From: Octopus vulgaris
Lineage: Eukaryota
Assembly: GCA_951406725.2 (NCBI GenBank)
Contig: OX597819.1
Span: forward strand, 59,148,001 to 59,212,000
Direction: 5' to 3'
Length of the DNA: 64,000 nt
Positions 26,933 to 40,204 of the stretch are shown here, one piece after another (position 1 is the first letter of the stretch; the number at the start of each line of letters is the position of its first letter). Both the position numbers and the translations under genes were made by a program. The notes under the pieces were generated by a model. The model had not been told where the DNA came from, did no database searches, and was given only the letters and a program-made list of their open reading frames with translations.

Positions 26933-29900
26933 CAGGAAAATCCCCTAAACTCAAAATCCACCACCAAAATTATATATGGATGGCAAGGTGGACTTCTACA
27001 GATAATAAGATGAAAGACAATGGTATGAAACAAAACAAGGGATGACTGCTTGTTGTGAAATGCAATTCTGAATTCTCTATAATTTGACATTTGTTAGAGA
27101 GAACAGCTGAGAGCCCAGGTAGAATGTTATATGCAATGATGAATAAAATATATTGTTTATACAATAACAATGTTGTTTCTTTGTGTTGTCCAAATGTGAT
27201 GCCTGTGGGTATTCTAAAGAGAGATCTGTCCAAACCATACAAGAATGGAAGAAATGGACACAAAATGCTGGTGAGTGCAGGGATAACTTCATATCTAGAA
27301 TATGACTACCTGCATACCACAGATTGCTTGAAGAGAGCTAACTTGGGTTACAGAACAACTAACACCAATTTAACCAAATCACCAGACTATGGAAACGGGG
27401 CAAAATCTTAATTTTGAAGCCTCACAATACCCAACTAAAGTAACTTCACAAAGACACCTTACATTCCTACAAATGTCAAAAGCTTTAGAAAGATGCATCC
27501 TTGAAAACATCAGCCTACACATTTTCCTCAGCAAATCAGAGTACGAATTCATGCCATTACACTACTCATAACCAAAAACCTAACTTGCATCATGCAGCTA
27601 TGTTCAGAAATGATGTATTTAGCACTCGGAAAGATTTGATGTTACAACAAGCAGAGAATGACTGACATAGAAATAGTCACAGGAAAATGTTTTAAACAGC
27701 TTGGCTGATTCATGTTAACCACAAAGCAGAATATGATTGTTGAGAGATAGGTTTATAAGATAGAACAGTAAAAATGAGACCTGTTTATTAAATAGACGCA
27801 TTTAATATATATCTCAGCAGAAAACTTCCAAATTTGATTTTTTAAAATGTTGTGACAGGTACACCATCTGATAAGTTAAATATGTAAATTGGGTCATCCC
27901 ATAAATAGAGCTGAGTTCTCATAGCTTGAAAGAACATCCAGCTGTAAAACATATGCTATAACCAAAATGATTTAATCGATGAATTTTACAGAAAAAAAGC
28001 CAAATAAAATATATTGTGGGGTGGTCAAGTGGAGGCATCTAATCATGTGTGAGAATATCTCAACTGCCATCAAACAATCACACAAACTATTTCAGACACA
28101 GAAAATAGACATCAAGCAATCCATCCACTACCAAGAACTCTTCTCTTTTTGTCAGGTATAAAACATCACAGCTGGCACCACTACCATGAACATAATAAAA
28201 GACAGGTCAAGAGAGATAGTAAGGAATCTGAGGAGAAGATAATCAGATATGGGCCTGTGTAGAAGAGGTAAAATGGGACATGCTTCAACCAAATTTCTAT
28301 CAGGCAAGGAAGCAGTACAAATTCTCATGGCCAATTGTTGGCAGAGAAATGGATGAAATATTTGAATTAGTTTGAGAATGTGTAAGAATATTGAAATTTG
28401 GACTAGTCTTGGGCAGCATTATTAATCTCTGCATATGTACTATAATCAGAACTGACAGATGAGCAAAAGGAAGTATTTGTGACTACTTCTTACAAACTAC
28501 TTCAATTACATATGATAGCAACCTCACAAACATAGAGACATTATTGGGCATGTTGGACAACTGTGGATATGGTACAAAGAAAGAAGAAGAATCAAGGATC
28601 CTGGAGGCCTGTGATACAAATGTCCTAACCATTTGCAAAACTTCAGGAAACTGGCCAATAACCTAATCACTTAACTTTAGATATACATGCCAGCCAGATA
28701 GACTTTACACTCAATAGAAAACAGAATAGGCAACTAGCTGTGTATACTAAATCCTTCTCCAGCTAACATAGACTAGTTGTCAGCAACCTCAAGATAAGAA
28801 TTACATTAACTCAGACACAAGGAAGTCTAAAGGAGAAAAAATAGAAACTGAAAACTCTCTTGGTTCAAAAAAGTACTATATCAGAATACATGTTTGTGTG
28901 TGCAAGAAGAAATGGTCATGGCCATGTGAAAAAGTATTGGCTGCCAACCCAAAGGTTGCATGTTCATAATACAAACAAGCAGTTCATTGTATTCTTTGGT
29001 CAATACACTAAATCATACACTCTTTTTTTCACCTAGAAAACACGGTAACAGATCTGTTGCCTGCCATAAACCAATAATGTTACCTGAAGGGGATTTATCT
29101 TACTTGCTTAAACACAGAGCATTAGCCCCAAGCCTCTGTGGCCAGAGAAAACGGGTTTTGCAGGAAAATAGAGAGAAAGAATAAATCAATAAACTACACA
29201 TTTTGAAAATAATCTGTAGAGAAATTTTATCTACAGTTATTGCAGCAAACATCTTGACTTCTCCTCATATTACGACATAAAACCTCTGGCACAATGCTAA
29301 TTGAAGGCTGGAAATGCATTTATAAGAGATAATACAGAAATGTAAATAAGATGGTTCTGAATATTATCTGAATATTTACATAAGTCACACCAAAAGTACA
29401 AAGTTTCATGTTGAAAGTTTTTACATATCATAACAAATAAAGTCTAATGTGATGTATAATAGGAAATAAATGATAAAAATACAAGATAACAGATATAGAA
29501 AATTATATTAAGAATGAAATCATAAATAAATTAGGACTTAATTAAAAAAGAAAAATAATTGATAAACAGCAGTCAGTATCAGATAAGCCAACTAAAGCAT
29601 TTAGTATAACAAAAATTAGTGAGAAGAATCAAGATGCATGCAAATCCATCTGACAAACAGCAGCATAAAATGTCAAAATTAAACCCGCAATAATGCTATC
29701 ATTTTAACATCATCTTTCTAAGCAAAGACAGGTCAGCTATACAACTTATCTCCAAACAACTTAATCATGAATTATTTCCTCTGTGAACACCAGTGTTTTC
29801 ACATCTGTACATTGCAGGTTTTTCTTGGTCTATTTGAAGTACCCCATGACTACCACCATCAATTCACATCATTATCCATCATGCACCATCTAACTGTAGT

Positions 29901-32571
29901 ACATGACCATATAAGTACATGCAACCTCGTTTATCACTGACTCATTCATCACTGATCCAGGATAATACATTATGATCAATTGTAAACCAGGTTACACCTA
30001 TCACAGCTTGATCTGTGATAACATGGGTCAGCAATCAGTTGGAGATTCTGCTTGTACCACAAAAACATGCCCCAGCGACAACACACAATGCTCAGCTACC
30101 CAAAATTCATTATCACTAGTGTTTACATGACCATGCAGCAAGGCTGCTTAATTTTATATGGATTCATAGACACGTACTCATCTACATGGGACCAACAAAC
30201 AGAAAATATACGAAGACACTTGATCCTAACAAATGACACAGACAAGTATGTTTTCTACAGGAAAAGGCAGTAATGATCAAGAAAACATGAAGGTGGAAGC
30301 TGCCCTGCTGTGGGCCATGAGTTTAGAGTCAATGAATCTATCATTCATTCCATTTACACATTTTTTTTAACCAAACCTCTGTGATATATGAGGATAGATG
30401 AACAACTAAACTGCACACTCAGGTTCATAACTTCTAATACTATTTTATATCACTCTCTTACATTTAACTTCTCTTAATTTCATATTTTAGCACTAAATAA
30501 TAACATGCACCTAAAGCACATCGCATAGGTCTACTCGGAGAAAGTTATTATTGCTTTCTGGGTTTCAATTTCTCCCATCTTGCTTTGTCTCTAACTACAA
30601 TACTTCTATTAGAGCTACCACCAGAATTAATTATATTACTTTTTTATATTACAATTTTTAATAGGTCATCTGAGTAGTCCATAGTCTCTAATTCACACTT
30701 TCTTCATGATTCACAAACTATCAAATACTTCAACCGATATTTTACAATTCCATTGTTGGTACAGAATACATATGGATGGAGTAAGACTTCATTTTTTTTT
30801 TTAAACTTTTCTGTTCCTAACCATAACTATTCACCTCACAGCATTTGTTATTTCAAAGTCCCAGGCCTTTTCTTATTCCCTCTACTGTCCATTCACATAT
30901 GGCAGAAAGATATGCGGGAAATTGTAATTGAAAAGATACACTGTATTTGCCATTTCCTAGTATCTATATTTTAAATGTCACATGCATATGGTGGGTCCAG
31001 GCTTATATTAACAGACAGGATTCCCATCCACCACCAGCAGGCATAGGCTGGAATAGGTTAGAAAATGCTAACATTTCTTGGTGAGTTAAGAAAGGACTGC
31101 CTTATTTAGTAGCAGGAAGGGGTCAATCAACCACAGGAAGGTGATGGTTTTGAGGTCAGATTTCTTACAGGATTATTTGCTAGCCTTTTCTATGTTTATA
31201 ATTGAACAAAGAACTAACTCTATGTGACTTGTAGCAATAATCAATGGGAAAATTCAAATTTACACATGACACCAACCTCTTCTAGAATAAGTTAAAAAAT
31301 ATAAAGACCAAATTAAAACAAATTTCTATTCTTCCAAGATTACATAATTGTTTTTTTACTTTTATTGCCAATATCCTAAAGGACTCTTTATATAAAAGAA
31401 TAACTTTCTTTTTTTTTATCAGTTAATTAGTGAACTGTTCAAAAAAATAACATAGATGTCTGTCTAAAGGTACTGGATAGTAACACACTATGTATATTAG
31501 TGCATCCATTTCCATTTACCTACGTAAGTGCATATTTTACATTCATCTTTTCAAGGCTGATATAGGTTAGACAAAACTTGAAGAGGATTTTCTGCAGCCA
31601 GATGCTCTTCCTTCCACTAACTGTTAGCTCTTTTCCAAGAAAAGTATTGTCTTGTTTTTTTTTTTTTTTACGGAGCTTCCCTCATTCCATTGTCCCCACA
31701 CAAGTTGAATGCTAAAAACTACAAAACTGTTGCTTACCTGAAATTGTAAACAAAGGCACAATTTTCAATGAAACTGTGTGAATGATATGTAAAAATGATA
31801 TTTGCATGAGTGTATAAATGTGTATGTATACACATACACATATCTATATTTATCTATCTACCTATATATATATATATATATATATATATAACTGGAGTCT
31901 GGTGCAGCCTCCTGGCTTCCCAGACCTCGGTTGAACCATCCAACCCATGCTAGCATGGAAAACGGACGTTAAACAATGATGATGTAGATGATATATATAT
32001 AATGAGCTTCTCAACTTACAACAAATTCTACATGTGAAGCATTGGTCAGCCCAAGGTTATAGTAGAAAGCACTGGTCCAAGGTACAATGCAGAGGGCCTG
32101 GACCCATGATTACATGGATATAAAGCAAACTTTGTAACAATATGGCCATGCTTGCACCTAATACGTATGTGTGTGTATAAGATTTCATTTAGGTGTAGTG
32201 ATACTAATAATCTATTGTTAGAACTCAATATACATATGCAAGTATATAGAGTAGCATAAAATTAAATAAATAACAAGGCTTAGGGTTAGCTTCCAGCTGC
32301 TTCTGTTATCAGATGCAGTGCACCCACAGCGGAGTGTTTGTGCATCACCTTATAGGTTCCTCAGAGTTTCTAAAATGAAGTGCAAGTTTGTGTGAAAATG
32401 TTTTCCCAAATAAACTGAATGTAGCTATTTCTGTTGCCTTGAATATATATAAATAACAAATAAATAGAGATGTAAAATCTCAACAATAGTGGGTGTGTTA
32501 CTTCAGTACAATGTACTGAACAACAATACAATCAAACTGAATAATCACAATTAACAGAAGTGTACTACTCA

Positions 32572-32891
32572 GGCGCAGGAGTGGCTGTGTGGTAAGTAAC
32601 TTGCTTCCCAACCACATGGTTCTGGGTTCAGTCCCCCTGCATGGCACCTTGGACAAGTGTTTCCTACTATAGCCTCGGGCCGACCAAAGCCTTGTGAATG
32701 GATGTCATAGGCAGAAACTGAAAGAAGCTCATGTATATATGTTTGTGTTTCTGTGTTTGCCCCCACCACCACCACTTGACAACCGATGTTGGTGTATTTA
32801 CGTCCCTATAACTTAGTGGTTTAGCAAAAGAGACCGAAAGAATAAGTACTAGGCATGGCCACAGTCAAATGACTGAAACAAATAAAAGAAT
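32572..32891 (+). mobile_element. SINE family A (internal deletion near 3' end)
   Basis: Same head and tail as other copies. Confidence 0.9.
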
Positions 32892-32989
32892 ACTGTTTTT
32901 ATACTGATGTAACCTGAAAATCTTTTAAAAAATCATAAAGATAACAAAGGAAAAAATGAAATATTTACAAATCAAGAAAGCTGACAGCT

Positions 32990-33390
32990 AATAATAATCC
33001 TTTCTACTGTAGGTACAAGGCCTGGAATTTTGGGGTCAATTATATCGACCCCAGTGTTTAACTGGTACTTATTTCATCGACCCCGAACGGATGAAAGATA
33101 AAGTTGACCTCAGTAGAATTTGAAGTCAGATCATAAAGATGGACAAAATGCAATAATAAAATAATAATAATGGTTTCCAATTTAGACACAAAGCCAGCAA
33201 TTGTGAAGGAAAGAGAAATTATAGATGCTATCAATCTCAGTATGTAACTGTTTCTTTATTTTTATTGATCTTGAAAGGATGCAAGGTAAAGCTGACTCCC
33301 ATCAGGATTTGAATGAGACCTTAAAAAACCTGGAACAAATACTGTGAAGCATTCTTTCCAATGCTTTAACGTTTCTGCAAGATTGCTGTC
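32990..33390 (-). mobile_element. Two tandem SINE family B copies
   Basis: Reverse complement of the family B core, twice. Confidence 0.8.
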
Positions 33391-35845
33391 CTAAGAATAA
33401 AGCTATCTTGAAGTTAAAGATGAAAATAATAAAGGCTAAACAAGTTTTCTCTTCAGATGGATAAAACTTACATGAAAACTTTCTTCTTAAACAGAATTTT
33501 TTTTAATACAAACAAATCACTCAGCTCTTACACATAACTGCCAAAGCGTAAGGAATTTCATGCTAAAATAGAAATACATCAAGGAGTTACCCAAGTACAG
33601 GATACATTATTTTCTAAATAAATTTACAAATCCAAATAGCTTTCTATGTTTTTCATTTGATGACATTACTTTATATAATACAATGAGATCCTAACACAAA
33701 TATTTTTATCAAGATCCCATTACATATCCTGCATATTATTCTTACATTAACTCAGCTACAGTCCATTCTTAACATTCTCTCGACTTTCATTATCAGGCCA
33801 GCAAGCATTTTTGTTTAATGTGTCACAAAAAAAGGGGGGGGGGTATAAATAAAGCTATTATAATACAATTTTGTTTTCTTACAACTATATACATAATGCT
33901 TCAGATCTGCTGGGAGACTGCAGTGAGAAGTTGTGACAATTATACAATTCCCAACAGAATTGAGCGAGATAAATGAAGCAGCAGTCTTTAATGCAAATTG
34001 AAACTGAGTCACAGATTTCTTGTTGTTGTTCATTATCATTCTTTTTACTAAATCATGTACCTTTCAATAAATAAGTCTAAATTTCATTTCCTTCAGAACA
34101 CTTTCATTGCTAAGAAATTGCTCAAGCAGAAGTAGGTTAGTTATTTCAACACGTGACTCATATTATAGATTGGATTTCCTCAACAAATACTGCTCCAATT
34201 TTTTTTTTTTTTTTGATAACACTGGAATCTGTGATATCACACAAATTTGTTTACATTTCTAATCAGTTTTAGTCCTCCATCTGTCTTTGAGACAAATCAG
34301 TTTCCTAAAACAAGGAAAATATACCCAACATTGCCACTCTGAAATTTTCTTTCATTACTAAAAGCAAGCAGTGAAACCTCAGCTCTAAAAAAAAAAATCA
34401 ACAAAATTATTTCTTTTCAGTCATCAACACATCTAAATGCATATATGTGTGCAAGTGTGTGTACCTGAATACATGCACTGAAACAATACATACTCAGAAT
34501 AGACCAGAAATAGATACTCAAGTGGCTAGCTCAGTAGTAGTAGTTAATAGTTTCTATTATCTAACGAACATAATTAGCAGGACAGGTTGTCCAGAAAGTA
34601 TAACAGCCAGAATAAGAAAAAGCTGGTAAAATTTCAGGTACTTTTATCACTGTTGTGAACAAAGGTCTTATCTATGTGAGTGAAGGGTAAATTGTATAAT
34701 GCTTAACTCTGATGCTGCATGGTAGCAAAACTAAAAAGAAGTAAAGCCAACATACTCTGATGGGTGTACAGTGCATGAACACCAGAATACAAATGAAGTG
34801 TGAGAAAATCTGAGCATAAGAAAAATCAAGTGTAGTGAGCAGAACTTAGACTTAGCTAAAAAAAATTAGTGTCTATCCTCTACGCTTACCACAGGATATA
34901 TAGATTGAAAAGCATGCACATGTTGCATGCTCATTCAAAAAAAATCATGGGACACACAAGAAATGACAGAAGTATATACACATATACACATACACAAATG
35001 TATATACACACACATATAATGTATGCACATGAATAATAACCAGTTATTTCAAATGGATTTAATACACACATTTCAAGTAGTTGTGTAAGAAGTTGTTACA
35101 CAGATATTGATTCTCTTCAGTTATTACAAGTGAAATACATTGGTAATTTCAAATTTTCCCCTGTATATATATTAGACTGCATAAGCAAAGCCACGAATAA
35201 TCACAGAAAGATAAGAAAAACATTCAGCTACTTTTACATTTCTCCTTTCACAATAGCTTCTTACTACCATATAAACTATTATCCACTACAATGTCCCATC
35301 AAATCAACTATTTCTTTCATTATGTTGAAAATTACAAAATATTCTATCCTTTTAGGATATCTTTGCTATAATCAGGTTTACAGTACATTTACATCTTTCA
35401 CACTAACAATTACCGCCATGCAGGTAATATCTCAAGTGCAGTCCCACTTAACACTAGAAGTACCAAGTGCTCACTTATGACTGTTTTAGCTTTTTACTTT
35501 TTAATTTCTATGATTGTATTGAATGTGCAATCATGAGCATCATTTCAAGTAGATGTGTATATATATTTTTTTGATACAGAGCAAATAATTCAGGAGAAAA
35601 TATTTGCAAAGATATTATTGACTCTATTATTATCTAATGGAACAATTAAAAATGATAACAGAATCAACAATATAGGCAATTGCAGGCTCCAAAAAGCATT
35701 AAGTAGCTGAAGGATTTATTAATTTTAGTCCTTTGATTAAATTTATATATTTTTTTTGTACATAAATAAATGCTAAAAGACTGTATTTCTAAATCCTTTA
35801 TTCACTGCATTAGCTTATATCCAAAATAAATTGTAACAAAATTTT

Positions 35846-36232
35846 GGGCGGACCAAAGCTTTGTGAGTGGATTTGATAGACGGAAACTGAAAGAAGCCAG
35901 TTGTGTGTGTTTATGTGTCTGTCACCCCCACCCCCACCACCACCATTGCTTGACAACTGGTGTTGGTGTGTTTACGTTCCCATGTGGTTCGGTAAAAGAG
36001 ACCAATGGAATAAGTACTAGGCTTACAAAGAGTAAGTCCTGGGATCGATTTGTTCGACAAAGGGTGGTGCTCCAGCATTTCATTTGTTTTTACATTCTGA
36101 GTTCAAACTCTGCCTTTCATCCTTTCAGGGTTGATGAAATAAGTATCAGTCGAGTACTGGGGTCGAAGTAATTGACCAGCCTCCTTCCCTAAAATTTCAA
36201 GCCTTGTACCTATAGTAGGAAGTATTACTATT
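35846..36232 (+). mobile_element. Chimeric SINE: family A 3' part joined to family B 3' part
   Basis: Switch at the shared AGCATT microhomology near 36075. Confidence 0.7.
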
Positions 36233-36329
36233 AATTTAAAGCTACATTTAATACTTTTATTGTAAATAAAATCATTAATGTTATTTCTCCTTTGCTATTA
36301 TCATGAGGACTTTTCATAGCTAGATTTTC

Positions 36330-36680
36330 TATGGAGAGCATGCCCTTGCTTACCTCCAACCTCAGTTTCTAGACATGTATGGTCCTGAGACCAAGGCCTC
36401 TACTATGACTTTTAAGAAATGTGGTGGAAAACTGGCTCAGGAAGGCAAGGACGCTACTCCCTGAGATCCCTTTCAAAGCCCCACTACCACCGAGGAAAAT
36501 GTGGAGGGGACAGGTGGAGGAGGAGATTGGGAAGGTTGGTTTGAGAAGGGAGAATGCCCAAAACCCGGGCAAGATGGTGAGATGGTGTGAGGGTGGTTGC
36601 TATGGCATTGAGGTAGCTCCTGCCATCCTGTTAACGGAGAAAAAAATCCACCGGATTCAAAATGATGGATGATGATTATT
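36330..36680 (+). mobile_element. RTE-like LINE 3' fragment
   Basis: PRKMWRGQVEEEIGKVGLRRENAQN resembles an RTE C-terminus; GAT-rich tail. Confidence 0.55.
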
Positions 36681-37369
36681 GTTGCTGCTTTTGTCTAGTA
36701 CTTTTGTGATTGATTAACATTTAACACCAACAACTTTATTCTACAACATATCAAATTCATTGTATGACCTTACACTTAACTGCAGAGCAATGGCCTAAAT
36801 TACACTATCTTATATTTGAAGATGCTATAGTCCAGAGAACAAGGTAGAAATTGTTTAGCTAAGTTGTTAGCAAGGGGTTTATACTACTCACCCTGCGTGA
36901 GAATTAAGTGCCTTGTCTTTGGCAGTATAATTCATTATTCATTCTTTTGTTTCTGTAGTTGAAACTTATTGTCTGTGTATTTATTCACTTTCCATCATTA
37001 TATCTTTAATTACTCCTCCCCATCCTCACAAACTCCTACAAATATATTCTCTCTTATTTTTATCTGGGATTTTTCCATTTTGTTTTTTGTTGGGTTATTT
37101 TTTGTTGTTTTTTTCTGTGGTTATCTATTGCATATGCAGTCTACACTGGGGTAAATTTAAAACAATCAATGTATTTTGCTTGTAATGACTGAAGAGAGTA
37201 TATATCTGCATAACTTGTTATATAACCACTTGAAACATTGCATATTAAATATCAGTAATTGGTTTTTGTTGTTATTAAAATATGAGACTTGTGTACCACA
37301 ATCTAGCCTATCCTTGCTTGATTAATAGTTACAATGCATCATGGGACTAGAAAAGGAACATTGATTTAA

Positions 37370-37571
37370 CCCTTTAGCATTTAAACTGGCCTAAAATTTT
37401 CTACCTATTTATATTCATACTGGCCAGATCAGGCCTCTTTTACACTCACCTAATAATGTCATTCTAAAAGTAAGCAATCACATCAATGAAATCTCAAAGC
37501 TACATGATTAATTCAAATCAACGTGAATATATAAACATTGAATTTAACAGAATAATCTGGATGCTAAAAGA
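37370..37571. mobile_element. piggyBac-like MITE, second family
   Basis: TTAA-CCCTTTAGCAT ... ATGCTAAAAGA-TTAA. Confidence 0.75.
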
Positions 37572-38080
37572 TTAAACATATTCCAGAACATCTAGCATGT
37601 ACTTCATCAAAGCACACTATTGAATGTATATGTGTACACACACATATACATTGTATTTGATAGCATATAGGACGTACTTTCTCGTTTTTTTTATCAAACA
37701 AAATATCTCCCCACCACCAAAAAAAAAAAAACATGCACCCCAGATCCTATATGTAAAGTTGAGCCTCACCCCTAACACACTTTTTCTAAATATATACATC
37801 TGATTGTGGTGCATCTTTTATGCCATCAAATACAGTATACATGTGCATGCACTCACACACACACATATAGTTATCAAATATGCTTCACCTGCTTCCCACC
37901 TTCACTTTTCACAAGATTTTTTTATTCAATAATTTTATGGCTGACTCTGGGCATGAAATTCTAAATTGCTAACGAGGTCAGCAGAAAGCCAATTAATTTC
38001 AGCCATTAAATAAAAGAAATGATAAAATAGCCAATCAGAGAAACTGCCAGATGTTACTAAATATTCATATCCAATTTATA

Positions 38081-38246
38081 GACACAGGCATGACTGTGTG
38101 GTTAGAAACTTGCTTCCCAACCACATGGTTCCAGGTTCAGTCCCACTGCATGGTACATTGGGTGAGTGTCTTCTACTATAGCCTCGGACTGACCAATGCC
38201 TAGTGAGTGGATTTGGTAGACGGAAACTGAAAGAAGCCTGTCATGT
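38081..38246 (+). mobile_element. SINE family A, 5' half
   Basis: Head through GGAAACTGAAAGAAGCC, abutting an inverted copy. Confidence 0.88.
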
Positions 38247-38247
38247 A

Positions 38248-38609
38248 TTCTTTTGTTTCAGTCATTCGACTGCGGCCATGCTGGAGCACCTCCCTTTTTA
38301 GTTGAACAAATCGACCCCAGGACTTATTCTTTGTAAGCCTAGTACTAAGTTACGGGGATGTAAACACACCAACATCAGTTGTCAAGCAATGGTGGGGAGA
38401 CAAACACAGACACACACACATATATAAATATATATATATACACACACACAATGGGCTTCTTTCAGCTTCCGTCTACCAAATCCACTCACAAGGCTCTGGT
38501 TGGCCTGAAGCTATAATAGAAAACACTTCCCAAGGTGCCATGCAGTAGGACTGAACCCAGAACCATATGGTTGGTAAGCAAACTACTCATACACAGCCAT
38601 GCCTGTGCC
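38248..38609 (-). mobile_element. SINE family A
   Basis: Reverse-complement near full-length copy. Confidence 0.9.
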
Positions 38610-38619
38610 TACATATATA

Positions 38620-39095
38620 TAAGGAGAATTCACAAAAAAAACAAAAGACAAAGACAGGTGGAGTAGACAACAAACAGATGTATTAGTTTAACGCTCAGGA
38701 AGTGAAAAAGTCTTTAACATTTTGAAGCTACGCTCTTCTACAGAAAGGAACACACAAAGAAACAAGGAGAGACAATAAAGAATGTGTAGTGACTAGCGAT
38801 CTATCATGGTGAATGCCGGACAGAGAGGTCATACAGGAGAGTTAGGAAGGGGAGATAATAAAGTAGAGGTGATCCCAAAATGAAGGTGCGCATGCGTGTG
38901 TTTAAGAGACCATGTATGTGCATGTGGAAGAGGGCTGGTGATCTTGACGTGTGCATGTGTGTATGTGGATCATGGTGTGCAGCTGGGAAGTGGTCAGTGC
39001 TAATGTGTGCGTGGTGGTGTGATCTGATCTGTGATATGGTGGTGTGTGGTGTGGTGTTGGGATTGTGGGAGGCGAGAGTAGGGAAAGCAAGGGTT
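38620..39095 (-). mobile_element. Penelope-like terminal repeat fragment with degenerate minimal hammerhead
   Basis: Minus strand reads GTAGAAGAGCGTAGCTTCAAAATGTTAAAGAC, resembling a decayed nnGAAGAG-short stem-GAAAC core. Confidence 0.45.
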
Positions 39096-39103
39096 ATATA
39101 TAT

Positions 39104-39509
39104 GGAGTGGCTGTGTGGTAAGTAGCTTGCTTACCAACCACATGGTTCCGGGTTCAGTCCCACTGCGCGGCATCTTGGGCAAGTGTCTTCTGCTATAGCC
39201 CCGGGCCAACCAATGCCTTGTGAGTGGATTTGGTAGACGGAAACTGAAAGAAGCCTGTCATATATATGCATATATATATATATATGTGTGTGTATGTGTA
39301 TATGTTTGTGTGTCTGTGTTTGTCCCCCTAGCATTGCTTGACAACCGATGCTGGTGTGTTTACGTCCCCGTCACTTAGCGGTTCGGCAAAAGAGACCGAT
39401 AGAATAAGTACTGGGCTTACAAAGAATAAGTCCCAGGGTCGATTTGCTCGACTAAAGGCAGTGCTCCAGCATGGCCGCAGTCAAATGACTGAAACAAGTA
39501 AAAGAAGAA
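39104..39509 (+). mobile_element. SINE family A, young copy
   Basis: Retains most CpGs; close to the copy at 53386. Confidence 0.92.
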
Positions 39510-39579
39510 TTTCATGTTTTGCCAAAAGAGAGAGAATGAGAGAAAGCAAGTATGTGCATGCATTCATGTGTGTAATTTA

Positions 39580-39805
39580 GCCCTTTCTGTTGCCATGTTT
39601 CTATTGAAATACACTGCATTTGTTTCAGTAAATTTTGAAAATAATGAAGAATTTTGTAAAATAACTTTATCATTATTAAACTGGTGTTTGGAACATAAAT
39701 TAACATGAAATTTTCATGAGAGACTTTAACTTAGATCACTTGAAATCAAGAAGTTTATAGCATAGAACCAGGGCAGTCTCAGATAGCTTGGTGTTATAAA
39801 AGGTT
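39580..39805 (-). mobile_element. Diverged piggyBac-like MITE related to 1830-2051
   Basis: Shared internal motifs (AATTT.GTAAAATAACTT..TCATT; GGAACATAAATT); degenerate termini. Confidence 0.6.
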
Positions 39806-39979
39806 CTCAATATCCATCCATTATTACTTGCTATAAGTATTTTTTAAACAATACTGCTGTGTCTTGACAAGAACATCCCTGTGAAATCTGAAGTGGTGAA
39901 GAGATGCTTTCTTTCTGTTTATAGTCTACCAATCCTATTCAAAATGTAAAAATTTATTCTTTCAATAGTGCTAGCTTAG

Positions 39980-40182
39980 TAATAATCCTTTCTACTATAG
40001 GCACAAGGTCTGGATTTTTGTGGGGAGAGGGACAATCAATCACATCGACCCCAGTACTTGACTGGCACTTAATTTATATACCCCAGAAGGATGAAAGGCA
40101 AAGTCAACCTCGGCAGAATTTGAACTCAGAACATGAAGACAGACAAAATACGACTAAGCATTTTGCCTAGCGTGCTAACAAT
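39980..40182 (-). mobile_element. SINE family B
   Basis: CTTTCTACTATAGGCACAAGG ... GGCAGAATTTGAACTCAGAAC. Confidence 0.85.
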
Positions 40183-40204
40183 TAAAATAATAATGATGAC
40201 GATG

